The notes beneath the pieces were generated by a model that worked only from the letters and a program-made list of their open reading frames with translations, did not search any database and had not been told where the DNA came from. The position numbers and the translations under genes were made by a program. Positions 14,127-23,441 of a stretch of DNA of 64,000 bases are shown one piece after another (within the stretch, counting starts at the first letter, position 1; each line of letters starts with the position of its first letter). Where the stretch lies: positions 5,824,001-5,888,000 of the forward strand of contig OY843751.1 of NCBI GenBank assembly GCA_963693055.1, read 5' to 3'. Source of the stretch: a bacterium. Lineage in GTDB: Bacteria; Zhuqueibacterota; Zhuqueibacteria; Residuimicrobiales; Krinioviventaceae.

Positions 14127-14153
14127 AGCCCGATGATTAACCATCACCGGGCT
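14127..14153 (-). terminator. Intrinsic terminator hairpin between convergent genes
   Basis: Minus-strand AGCCCGGUGAU-GGUUA-AUCAUCGGGCU followed by UUAUU. Confidence 0.7.
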
Positions 14154-14157
14154 AAAA

Positions 14158-14943
14158 TTACTTCATTAAGGTTAAAGATTTTGTATCTTTAAAATCTCCA
14201 GCGTGAATGCTGTAAAAATATACCCCGGAAGGCACCTGAAATCCTTTATCATTCATACCATTCCACATTACACTAAACTTTCCGGCTTGCATGGGCTGGT
14301 CTACCAGAGAGCGAACTTTTTGCCCCAATGCATTAAAAATCTCCAATTTTACATGTTCAGCAGCAGCAATACTGTACTGAATACGCGTATTGGGATTAAA
14401 GGGATTGGGATAGTTTTGTGCCAGTTCAAATTGTGTAATCGTTTTAGAACCATCATTAATACCCGTATCAATGGTTTTAATTAAAAAACTACTGTTAGAC
14501 AGGGTATAAGGAAGTTTCTCATTATCCACATCAGAAACAGTAACCTCTTCAAAGGTTAATTCATATTCCTGACCGGCTGGTGCATCTTCAGACACACTAT
14601 AGGCGATGTAAAGTATATTAGCCGTCTGTGGTTCAATGGTTCTGGTTTTACTTTGCAGTAAAAGAATTTCAGAAGTATTGAGCTCAGGATAATAGTTATA
14701 AGAAAACAGTTGTGATCTCTGAATGTTTTCAGTCCAAATAGAATCAACTGTCAGATAATCACTATTATCTATCAAACGAAATTGTATACCTCGTATTGTA
14801 TCTTCATTTGCAAGGTTCAGATACACCAAATTACCAACACTTCCGGGTGTTCCGCTTCCATTGCTTAAACTTAACGAGTTGACCCCTGCAAAAGCACTGC
14901 CTGCAGCAATCATTAATAAAATCAGTATCTTGTAAACTTTCAT
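14158..14943 (-). CDS. Secreted single cohesin-like domain protein with FlgD-Ig/T9SS-type C-terminal domain
   Basis: Signal peptide (AFA); LSLSNGSGTPGS..VYLNLANEDTIRGIQFRLID cohesin-like strand pattern; FELAQNYPNPFNP...GVYFY CTD. Confidence 0.75.
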   Translation of the reverse strand: MKVYKILILLMIAAGSAFAGVNSLSLSNGSGTPGSVGNLVYLNLANEDTIRGIQFRLIDNSDYLTVDSIWTENIQRSQLFSYNYYPELNTSEILLLQSKTRTIEPQTANILYIAYSVSEDAPAGQEYELTFEEVTVSDVDNEKLPYTLSNSSFLIKTIDTGINDGSKTITQFELAQNYPNPFNPNTRIQYSIAAAEHVKLEIFNALGQKVRSLVDQPMQAGKFSVMWNGMNDKGFQVPSGVYFYSIHAGDFKDTKSLTLMK

Positions 14944-14986
14944 CTCTCACCCCAAAACAATTTAAAATTGATTGGTTAATATATAT

Positions 14987-15012
14987 GGGAGCAGTAAAAA
15001 ATTACTGCTCCC
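14987..15012 (-). terminator. Intergenic 11-bp stem-loop without a U-tract (leaky terminator or RNA-stabilising hairpin)
   Basis: GGGAGCAGTAA-AAAA-TTACTGCTCCC perfect inverted repeat. Confidence 0.65.
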
Positions 15013-15036
15013 TAAATTCATCTATTCATTAATCTA

Positions 15037-16821
15037 TTATGGATTAGCCAAATCTACTACTGCAAGCGCATCGTAAACATCAATGTCACCATCCTGGTCA
15101 ATATCGCCCGCTAAACGCTCAATATCAGTTGCTGGATCACCGGTGCCCAAAATGATTTCTGCCATACGATCGATATCATCGTTATCAACAGTACCGGTTG
15201 GTACAATATCGCCGGTAAGTACATAATGGAACAAACCGGAAACCAGTGAAGGAACAACTGCCTGGTTGTTGTCATCAGATAATGCTACATTTGAAAAAGT
15301 CAAAGATGACGTTGTACCATAAGTAACTGCAGGATCAATATGGAAATTAATTTGAGCAATAGCGCCTGAACCTGCCGGAATAGAAGTAAAAGAGGTTGTA
15401 TTGGCTATAAGTACCTGAACATAAGTTCCAGATTCATCAAAAGTTACATCAAAAGTAGATGCACGTCCAACACCAAGCACATCTGTTGCAGTCAATTCGT
15501 TAGGAGTATCTGTCAAACGGAACAATACACCACGAATAGGTACCTGGTTTTCAAGCAAAACATTGATTGTTACATCTTCATCCTGTTCACCACTGCCGCT
15601 CTGCACAGACAATACAACTTGAGAAGATGAAATGTTAAATACGGCATCACTCTGGTCTGTTGGGCTTGCATCGGTATCTTGAACCCTTACCAAAGCTGTA
15701 GAAGTGGTAACTGTTGGAACGGTCCAGGAATAGCTGCCATCATTAGGTGTACTGGCAACAATAGAGGTCCAGGTGGTTCCACTGTCAGTTGAATAAGAGA
15801 TTGAAACGTTTGCAATAGTACCTTCAGATGTCCAAGTAATATCGTGAGCAGAGCTTGATGCCCAGGTTTCGCCACCGTTAGGACTGGTAACTGTAACCGT
15901 TTGAACTTCGGCAGTAATTTCAAATGTAGCAGTACTAATACCCCATGGAACACCATCAGCAGCATCAGAAACTCTTACAAGACAGTTCTCGGATGGAGCA
16001 TTAGGAATCGTCCATGCATAGGTACCGGTATTGGTTGTAGAAGAAACAATATCGGTCCAGGTAGCGCCGCTATCTGTAGAATATTCAATCTGAACATCAT
16101 CAGAAAATTCAGAAATATCCCAGGCAATTGTTTCAGCAGAGCCAACCAACCAAACTTCTCCACCTGAAGGTGAAGTAACATCAATTGTTTCTGCTCGGAG
16201 TGTAAAATCGTCAACATTATTGCTTGAATTACCAAAAAGAGCAACACCGGAATAATAGAAATAGCTATTTCCGTACAATTTGCCGGCATCCGTAACACGA
16301 CCATCTAAATTACCATTGATATAAAAATCAAAATGGTAACCACTGGCGTCAGAAGATGCAGCAACCGTAATTTTGTCGCCAGCTGTAGGCGCACCAAGTG
16401 TAGCTGTAACTTTGGCAATTTCAGTCTCACGTATTACATTACCATTTACAACAGGAAGCAGGTACAGGTATTCATTACGACGCATTACCATGTAACCTTC
16501 AGCGTTTGATACATTCGAAGAAGACAAGAACATACAAAGACCAGATGCGTTAGCACCTGCTGTTGTAGCGGTTGATGCAAATGTCATAGATACTTCTGAA
16601 GGACTTGCCTGGGCAGTATATACTGCAACATAATCCCAGGAGCCAACTGTTGAAGTGTTTGACAATGTATTAGTTACAATTGCGTATTCGGGATCAGCGG
16701 ACCAGTTTGATCCTAATGATGCCCGGTTAAAATCATCCACTATGGTGACAGCACCCAAAGGCAATATAGATGCGCCAAGCAGGATGACGAGCATGATCGA
16801 GAAAATGGATTTAATTCTCAT
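15037..16821 (-). CDS. Secreted modular protein: lectin-like beta-sandwich, two Ser/Thr-rich Ig-like repeats, cohesin-like domain, C-terminal dockerin; no sorting CTD
   Basis: Signal peptide; repeats VTSPSGGEVW...YSTDSGATW and VTSPNGGETW...YSTDSGTTW; LENQVPIRGVLFRLTDTPN; GDIVPTGTVDNDD...GDIDQDGDIDVYD. Confidence 0.75.
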   Translation of the reverse strand: MRIKSIFSIMLVILLGASILPLGAVTIVDDFNRASLGSNWSADPEYAIVTNTLSNTSTVGSWDYVAVYTAQASPSEVSMTFASTATTAGANASGLCMFLSSSNVSNAEGYMVMRRNEYLYLLPVVNGNVIRETEIAKVTATLGAPTAGDKITVAASSDASGYHFDFYINGNLDGRVTDAGKLYGNSYFYYSGVALFGNSSNNVDDFTLRAETIDVTSPSGGEVWLVGSAETIAWDISEFSDDVQIEYSTDSGATWTDIVSSTTNTGTYAWTIPNAPSENCLVRVSDAADGVPWGISTATFEITAEVQTVTVTSPNGGETWASSSAHDITWTSEGTIANVSISYSTDSGTTWTSIVASTPNDGSYSWTVPTVTTSTALVRVQDTDASPTDQSDAVFNISSSQVVLSVQSGSGEQDEDVTINVLLENQVPIRGVLFRLTDTPNELTATDVLGVGRASTFDVTFDESGTYVQVLIANTTSFTSIPAGSGAIAQINFHIDPAVTYGTTSSLTFSNVALSDDNNQAVVPSLVSGLFHYVLTGDIVPTGTVDNDDIDRMAEIILGTGDPATDIERLAGDIDQDGDIDVYDALAVVDLANP

Positions 16822-16872
16822 TGTTAACCTCTATCTCTTTATTAATTTTTACCAATTCGTTATACCTGCTAA

Positions 16873-18324
16873 TTATTTCATGATAGCCAGTTTTTTGGTC
16901 AAAACCACGTCTCTGGCTGAAAATCTGTAAAAATAAACACCTGATGAAACTTCTCTACCATAATCGTCAGAACCATTCCAGTGAACAGTATAGCGACCAG
17001 CTGATTTGCTGTGATCTACCAGTGTTTTTACCAATTGACCACGGGTGTTAAAGATTTCCATTTTAACGGGTACTGAGCCATTTTCAATGCTTGGCACATC
17101 AAAAGTAATTGTTGTGTTCATGTTGAACGGATTTGGGCTGTTCTGATGCAAAGCAAATGTTTGAGGAACAATAGTAACATCTGAACTTTGACCGGTCATG
17201 GTCTGCAAAGCAGATCCGTTTTCAGAACCAGCAATTGCGTGGTTGATAGAAATTGCTGATGTTTCATTCAAAGCCTTGCGGATGGTTACAGGAATTGTCA
17301 TAACAGTTGATTCACCCATAGACAATGACTGTCCTTCAAGACCGCACATGATAACATTTAATTTTTTTCCGGCTTTTCTGCTAACAATACTCATACCAGA
17401 AGAAGCACTGGTGGTGCTGGGAGAACCAACAACATAATTATCAGATTCCATCTCGAGCTCAAACTGTAAACCATGCAATGCTGCCGAACTATTTACAGTA
17501 ACAGGTACATCAATTTTCCCTACAAAGTTTGCAGGTAAAGCAGGTAAAGAAATTTTTACGCTACCGGAAGTTTTGCTCAATGGAGTAACTCTGGCAGAAG
17601 AAGGTGCAACTGCCTGGTCCATTGCTTCACCTATATCAACAACAGTAATCAAACCGTCATCATCCCAATCGGCTGCCCAAAGTTCGTAAGAAGTGGGTGG
17701 GTCACCTCGATCAAGAGCAATATCAACAATACGCAAAACGTCAAACAAATCTACAACACCATTATAGATAACATCCAGTTTTTTACCAAACCAGAAACGT
17801 CCATTATCACGAATATTTGTAACCGGCGCATTTGTTGTTCCGGCAAGTTTAACATTGTTTAATGTCATGTCAGCAGTTGTTCCACCAGAGGCGCCATCCG
17901 CAACATCGACGGTTACAAAAAGAATTGTATCGCCGGTTGCATTTGTCTTTGCTTCCAGCAATGTTCCATCAGGGTCAATAGGAAGCATCAATACTTTTAA
18001 CGTACCCTCAACCTGTGTTGTATCAACTCTGAAATTTGCAGACTTTGTTGGTGTAGTAACACAGTTCAAGGCCGTTGTTGTAGAAATGCCTGTTACAAAT
18101 AAAGAATCCGGAAAATCAGACAAGGTAAAATACAATCCCTTAATTTCCGTTGTGTTTGAAAGTACGACAGCAAAAGTACCTGCCTGACCCGGTAACCCGT
18201 AACTGTCTGTAACTCTCAGTGTATCGGTTGTTGCCGAAAAACCCGGAACCAGCATCGTTCCGATCAGAATCAGGGTTATAATCAGGACTGGTATGGTTGA
18301 TGAGTGTTTCATCATACCCTCCAT
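16873..18324 (-). CDS. Secreted cohesin-dockerin-cohesin protein with FlgD-Ig/T9SS-type CTD
   Basis: Signal peptide; LSNTTEIKGLYFTLSDFPD; DVIYNGVVDLFD...DWDDDGLITVVD; VPVTVNSSAALHGLQFEL; FALHQNSPNPFN...GVYFYR. True start is probably ATG 18315 or 18312, after GGAGG. Confidence 0.75.
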   Translation of the reverse strand: MEGMMKHSSTIPVLIITLILIGTMLVPGFSATTDTLRVTDSYGLPGQAGTFAVVLSNTTEIKGLYFTLSDFPDSLFVTGISTTTALNCVTTPTKSANFRVDTTQVEGTLKVLMLPIDPDGTLLEAKTNATGDTILFVTVDVADGASGGTTADMTLNNVKLAGTTNAPVTNIRDNGRFWFGKKLDVIYNGVVDLFDVLRIVDIALDRGDPPTSYELWAADWDDDGLITVVDIGEAMDQAVAPSSARVTPLSKTSGSVKISLPALPANFVGKIDVPVTVNSSAALHGLQFELEMESDNYVVGSPSTTSASSGMSIVSRKAGKKLNVIMCGLEGQSLSMGESTVMTIPVTIRKALNETSAISINHAIAGSENGSALQTMTGQSSDVTIVPQTFALHQNSPNPFNMNTTITFDVPSIENGSVPVKMEIFNTRGQLVKTLVDHSKSAGRYTVHWNGSDDYGREVSSGVYFYRFSARDVVLTKKLAIMK

Positions 18325-18731
18325 TTATAATTTTGTTAAAAAGTAACTGCGATTTAATGGTACAAGCGGTTTTGTTAAAAAAGTGTTTCTTGTTGAAACG
18401 GTAACTCTAAAGTGATACAATCACAAATTAGTAATTGAACTCTTGTTCCCCACCTCCTTCCATTCGATATTTATCTTTATTTTTTTCATATCTATAATTG
18501 TCTGTTTTTTATTAAGTTACGACACTGTCAATCTTGGCTTTTTTTCAATCTGTTCGGAACAAGCGCTTACTTTGTATTGTGTCTCATTCTATACCCTATT
18601 AAAGCAAGGGTTATGCCACGATTTATCACAACTCTTTTAACTACCCGACACTATTTAATTTTTACCATTTTTCTATTGTATCAAGGGTTATTTTTATTTA
18701 CCTTTAGTTTGCTCGATTTGCAGATAAAAAT

Positions 18732-21314
18732 ATGAAAATTTTTACAGGAATTTTTATGTATACTATTAAAAATTATCAAGTAGTGTCTACGCTACCCGAA
18801 AACCTTGAATTTCTCAAAGAACTTGCATATAACTTGTACTGGAGTTGGGACCATGAATCCCGATCAATCTTTAGACGCCTGGATCCCGATTTGTGGGAAG
18901 CTTCAAACCGAAATCCCATTGTATTGTTGGGACAACTTGATCAGGAAAAATTAAAAACCTTTTCCCAGGACGAAGGCTTTTTGGCATTTCTAAACAGAGT
19001 ACAGAATAAATTGTCTGACTATATGGAACGAAAAACATGGTACTCTGAAAATATAAAATTAAAAGATACCCGTTTTGCTTACTTTTCCATGGAATTTGGT
19101 CTTGCAAACGGACTTCCTATCTATTCCGGCGGTTTAGGAATTCTGGCTGGCGATCATTTAAAATCTGCCAGCGACTTGGGCATTCCTCTTGTTGGTGTAG
19201 GTTTATTGTATCAGCAGGGATATTTTCAACAATATCTTGCCAGAGATGGCTGGCAACAGGAAACATATCCACTCAATGATTTTTACAATCTTCCGGTCAA
19301 GCTGGAACGAGACGATAGCGGAGATCCGGTAAAAATTTCTGTCGACTATCCTGAAGGTAAAGTTTACGCACAAATCTGGAAATGCCAGGTAGGACGTGTA
19401 CCCCTTTACCTCTTAGACACCAATATACAAGAAAATGATCCGCAGTACCGCACAATTACCGCTCAACTCTACGGTGGAGACAATGAAAACCGTATCAAAC
19501 AAGAATTGCTTTTGGGTATAGGAGGCGTAAGAGCCCTGGATGCCCTTAAAATAAGACCAGATGTTTGCCACATGAATGAAGGTCACTCTGCATTTCTAGT
19601 AATTGAACGTTTACATCAGTTGATGCAAGAGCAAAAAATGAGCTTTTCTGAGGCAACCGAAGCGGTCAAGGTTAGTAGTGTTTTTACCACCCACACCCCG
19701 GTACCCGCAGGCATTGACGAATTTGACATTCAGTTAATGGATACTTATTTGGGCAGCTATATAGATGCACTGTCATTATCCAGAGAACAATTTTATCGCT
19801 TTGGTGGTACGCACTTTGAGGAAACTGGTGGTAAGTTCAATATGGCAATTTTCGCTATAAACTTTGCCGGTGCCTGCAATGGTGTTAGTAAACTGCACGG
19901 TCAGGTTGCACGCGACATGTGGCATTATTTATGGCCCGAACTTCCCAAAGATGAAGTTCCCATTGGGCATGTTACCAATGGTGTTCATATACGTTCGTGG
20001 ATATCTGAAGATATGGCTGAATTGTTTAGTCGTTATCTGGGACCCTATTGGTACAGAAATCCGTTGGACGAATCTCAATGGCCCAAGATCGATCTCATTC
20101 CCGATGAAGAATTGTGGCGTACACATGAAAGACGCCGGGAACGGTTGGTTGCCATTGCCCGAAACCGATTGCACAAACACATGGTACGGTCTGGTGCAAG
20201 TAAAAAAGAAATTGAAATTGCAAGCGAAGTTCTTGATCCTGAAGCTTTAACTATAGGATTTGCAAGGCGTTTTGCTCAATATAAACGCGCGTATCTTCTC
20301 TTTAAAGATACAGAGCGGTTAAATAAAATCCTGAACAATAAAGATATGCCTGTACAAATCATCTTTGCGGGTAAAGCCCACCCAAGAGACAAGATAGGTA
20401 AAGGAATCATTCAGGATATTACAAGTGTTATTCGCCAGGAAGAATTCAGACACAAGATTGTCTTTTTAGAAAATTATGACATTACACTGGGTTCATATCT
20501 GGTACAAGGTGTAGATGTCTGGCTGAATAACCCAAGACGCCCCCGTGAAGCAAGTGGTACCAGCGGAATGAAAGCTGGCGCAAATGGCGCATTAAACTTG
20601 AGTATTCTTGACGGCTGGTGGGATGAGGCTTACAACACCGGAATTGGCTGGGCAATTGGACAAGGCGAAGAATATTCAGATACAGAAGAACAGGATCTTT
20701 TAGAATCTGCGGCTCTTTATCATTTACTTGAAAATGACGTGATACCTACTTTTTATCGACGCAGCAAAAACAATCTGCCAAGAGACTGGATCAGTATGAT
20801 GAAAAACATCATCAAAGAGGTATCGCCCGTTTATAATACAAACAGAATGGTTCGTGAATATTTACAAAAATATTACCAAACCTCTGCTGAACAATGGTTC
20901 CAATTCAGCGAAAATAATTTCGCAATTACCAAAGGCCTGTCCAAATGGAAAAGTACAATGGTAAAAAACTGGAACCAAATTAAAATATTGGAAGTAACAT
21001 CAGAAAATTTCCAGGAAATCTCTGTTGGTGATGACTTTTCAATTACCGCAACTTTGGATATGAAAAACATTAAACCACAAGATGTAAATATAGAGATTTA
21101 TTACGGAAGACTGGACAGTGAAGGTGAAATCACCGCCGGCGAAACGGTTTCTATGAAACCTGAAGGCACACCCACTGACAGTGTTTATAAATACAAAGCA
21201 GAAATACCCTGTAATCATACCGGACAGCATGGCTTTTCTCTGCGGGTACTGCCTTTCCATGATAACTTGAAAAACCCGCACGAAATGGGCCTGATCACCT
21301 GGTACAAGGGTTAA
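18732..21314 (+). CDS. glgP: Alpha-glucan (glycogen/maltodextrin) phosphorylase
   Basis: AYFSMEFG, YSGGLGILAGDHLK, HMNEGH, EASGTSGMK (PLP lysine), DGWW; likely start ATG 18756. Confidence 0.97.
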   Translation: MKIFTGIFMYTIKNYQVVSTLPENLEFLKELAYNLYWSWDHESRSIFRRLDPDLWEASNRNPIVLLGQLDQEKLKTFSQDEGFLAFLNRVQNKLSDYMERKTWYSENIKLKDTRFAYFSMEFGLANGLPIYSGGLGILAGDHLKSASDLGIPLVGVGLLYQQGYFQQYLARDGWQQETYPLNDFYNLPVKLERDDSGDPVKISVDYPEGKVYAQIWKCQVGRVPLYLLDTNIQENDPQYRTITAQLYGGDNENRIKQELLLGIGGVRALDALKIRPDVCHMNEGHSAFLVIERLHQLMQEQKMSFSEATEAVKVSSVFTTHTPVPAGIDEFDIQLMDTYLGSYIDALSLSREQFYRFGGTHFEETGGKFNMAIFAINFAGACNGVSKLHGQVARDMWHYLWPELPKDEVPIGHVTNGVHIRSWISEDMAELFSRYLGPYWYRNPLDESQWPKIDLIPDEELWRTHERRRERLVAIARNRLHKHMVRSGASKKEIEIASEVLDPEALTIGFARRFAQYKRAYLLFKDTERLNKILNNKDMPVQIIFAGKAHPRDKIGKGIIQDITSVIRQEEFRHKIVFLENYDITLGSYLVQGVDVWLNNPRRPREASGTSGMKAGANGALNLSILDGWWDEAYNTGIGWAIGQGEEYSDTEEQDLLESAALYHLLENDVIPTFYRRSKNNLPRDWISMMKNIIKEVSPVYNTNRMVREYLQKYYQTSAEQWFQFSENNFAITKGLSKWKSTMVKNWNQIKILEVTSENFQEISVGDDFSITATLDMKNIKPQDVNIEIYYGRLDSEGEITAGETVSMKPEGTPTDSVYKYKAEIPCNHTGQHGFSLRVLPFHDNLKNPHEMGLITWYKG

Positions 21315-21345
21315 TCATTAAACTGAGGTAAATGGGGACCAGGAT

Positions 21346-22500
21346 ATGAATATTAGTAAAATATCGGTCAAAGCGTTCAAGTCGATTTACGATCTTTCAG
21401 TACCCCTTGATTCCAAGATCAATGTTTTCATTGGCGCAAACGAAAATGGAAAAACAAACCTGTTAAAATCTGTTGAAGCATTCCGTACCGATGTGCCCTT
21501 TGACAGTTCAATTACTTGCCAATATTCAAGTCATTATCATGAAGGCAAATGTCCCGAAATTATACTCGAATTTTCAAATTTTTCCAAAGAAAATCGTAGA
21601 AAATTATTGTTGGTTTCAGACGTATTCAAGGATGTAACCAGCTTTCAAATTAAAAGAGATGGCCCGGATATTTCAAACTATCATCTCTATATTGGAGATG
21701 AAGAGTTTGAAAAAGTAGATATGAAAAAACTGATGCTGGCTTTGCCCAAAATCATTTATTTCAGTGAAATACCTCTACTTAAAAACAAGGTCAACTATGA
21801 AAGCCTGATCTCAAACAGTGCAGAATTTTCAACTGAAAAAAATCTGCTTAGAATTGGCAACATTGATGATTACGATCTGATATTTGAAGACAGTTCTCGA
21901 GGCAGACGCGCGGCAGAAGAAGCAAGCCGTATTATTACAGAACAAATTCGAAGGGTATGGTCTCAGGAACAGTCTATAGAGATCAAACTCCATATCAACG
22001 GAAATGTATTGTATATTGACTTTGCGGATTCAACCACGGTATTAGACCCGCCGGAATCACGCAGTCTGGGCTTTCGCTGGTACCTCTCTTTTTATGTCAA
22101 CTTTATTACCAAGACCTTTGAAGACCGTTCAACAGATTACGTATTTTTAATCGATGAGCCGGGCATTCATTTGCATCCAGCGGGACAAAAAGATTTAATT
22201 CAGGTTCTTGAAGAATTATCTGTAAACAATCAGATTCTTTATACAACCCACTCGCCTTTTCTTATTGATCGGCGTCACCCGGAGCGGGTTTTCCTGATCA
22301 GTAAGGATAAAAACGGTACCAATGTAGATACTCAAGCATATCGTGACAACTGGAAACCCCTTCGCAAACAAATTGGCCTTGCCATTAGTGATCTGTTTTT
22401 CTTTAATGACAAAAGCCTGATACTTGAACTGCCAACCCGTAAAAAGTTTAATATTGTAACTAAAAAGGACCAGGAAAACGGTTCAGGAATGATAAATTGA
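21346..22500 (+). CDS. ABC-type (AAA_15/OLD-family) ATPase lacking a TOPRIM nuclease domain
   Basis: GANENGKTN Walker A, RSLGF signature, LIDEPGIHLHP Walker B/D-loop, TTHSPF H-loop. Confidence 0.85.
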   Translation: MNISKISVKAFKSIYDLSVPLDSKINVFIGANENGKTNLLKSVEAFRTDVPFDSSITCQYSSHYHEGKCPEIILEFSNFSKENRRKLLLVSDVFKDVTSFQIKRDGPDISNYHLYIGDEEFEKVDMKKLMLALPKIIYFSEIPLLKNKVNYESLISNSAEFSTEKNLLRIGNIDDYDLIFEDSSRGRRAAEEASRIITEQIRRVWSQEQSIEIKLHINGNVLYIDFADSTTVLDPPESRSLGFRWYLSFYVNFITKTFEDRSTDYVFLIDEPGIHLHPAGQKDLIQVLEELSVNNQILYTTHSPFLIDRRHPERVFLISKDKNGTNVDTQAYRDNWKPLRKQIGLAISDLFFFNDKSLILELPTRKKFNIVTKKDQENGSGMIN

Positions 22501-23417
22501 GTTCAATATGTGATGTACCGGGGATTAGGGTTGGGCACTCACAAAACACATCTGCAAAAACAGGTTGTACAGTTATTCTTCCTGAAAAGGAATCTGTTGC
22601 GGGAATAGATATCAGGGGCTCCGCGCCAGGCACACGAGAGACTGAAGTACTGCAGCCAGTCCGTTTAATCAATCACATACATGGTATTTTATTGACAGGT
22701 GGTAGTGCGTTTGGCTTGAATGCTGCCGCCGGCGTTCAACGCTACCTGGAATCCATTGAAATGGGTTATGATGTTGGCGTGGCTAAAATACCCATTGTTC
22801 CGGCTGCTGTTATTTTTGATCTTGCCGTGGGTGACGCATCAGTTCGCCCTGATGAAAAGATGGGTTATGACGCCTGTATTAACGCTTCTCATAGAGAGTT
22901 TCGTGAAGGCCTTATTGGCGCGGGATGTGGTGCAACCGTTGGTAAAATACGTGGACAAGCTTATGCATCAGCAGGCGGAATTGGGACCTGTTCTCACTCC
23001 TTTTCAAATGGAGTTGTCATTGGTGTGTTAACCGTGGTTAATCCCCTGGGTGAAGTTATTGATCCCGAAACCAATGCTATTCTTGCCGGAGCCAAAACCA
23101 ATGACGGCACCGATTATGTAGAATCGCTCAAGCTTATGGAGCAAATGTCAGACCCCAATTTCCCGTCGGCAAACACAACCCTGTCTGTCGTAGCTACCAA
23201 TGCTGAATTTAATAAAGAAGATTGCATCAAAATCGCACAAATGGCTCAGGATGGCTTTGCCAGAACGATTCGACCCGCTCATACTTTATATGACGGGGAT
23301 ATTGTTTTTGCCATGTCTTGTGGGGAAAAACAACTGGATATTAACCTTGCAGGAGCAATGGCTTGTGAACTGGTTGCAGAAAGCATTGTACGCGCAGTCC
23401 ATGCCAGCCAGGATTAA
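22497..23417 (+). CDS. Peptidase S58 / DmpA-like (P1 family) aminopeptidase
   Basis: DVPGIRVGH, RGSAPGTRET, LTGGSAFGL, NTT, RPAHT..DGD; TTG start overlaps the upstream TGA. Confidence 0.9.
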   Translation: MSSICDVPGIRVGHSQNTSAKTGCTVILPEKESVAGIDIRGSAPGTRETEVLQPVRLINHIHGILLTGGSAFGLNAAAGVQRYLESIEMGYDVGVAKIPIVPAAVIFDLAVGDASVRPDEKMGYDACINASHREFREGLIGAGCGATVGKIRGQAYASAGGIGTCSHSFSNGVVIGVLTVVNPLGEVIDPETNAILAGAKTNDGTDYVESLKLMEQMSDPNFPSANTTLSVVATNAEFNKEDCIKIAQMAQDGFARTIRPAHTLYDGDIVFAMSCGEKQLDINLAGAMACELVAESIVRAVHASQD

Positions 23418-23441
23418 TGCGCTAAATAAAATCTAACCGCT

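Noticed and set aside
15620-16190. DNA repeat or CRISPR-like array within the 594-aa gene
   Set aside because: The similarity is a two-copy protein domain duplication in frame, not a repeat-spacer array
14158-18324. Classical cellulosome
   Set aside because: No dockerin-bearing glycoside hydrolase, CBM3 or long tandem cohesin array is present; kept as a non-cellulosomal system instead
18443-18640. 65-aa hydrophobic ORF on the + strand
   Set aside because: It lies in a T-rich divergent promoter region with a TTG start and no RBS; probably compositional
21346-23417. Complete Gabija, Septu or PARIS defence system
   Set aside because: No UvrD helicase, HNH or TOPRIM partner gene is adjacent
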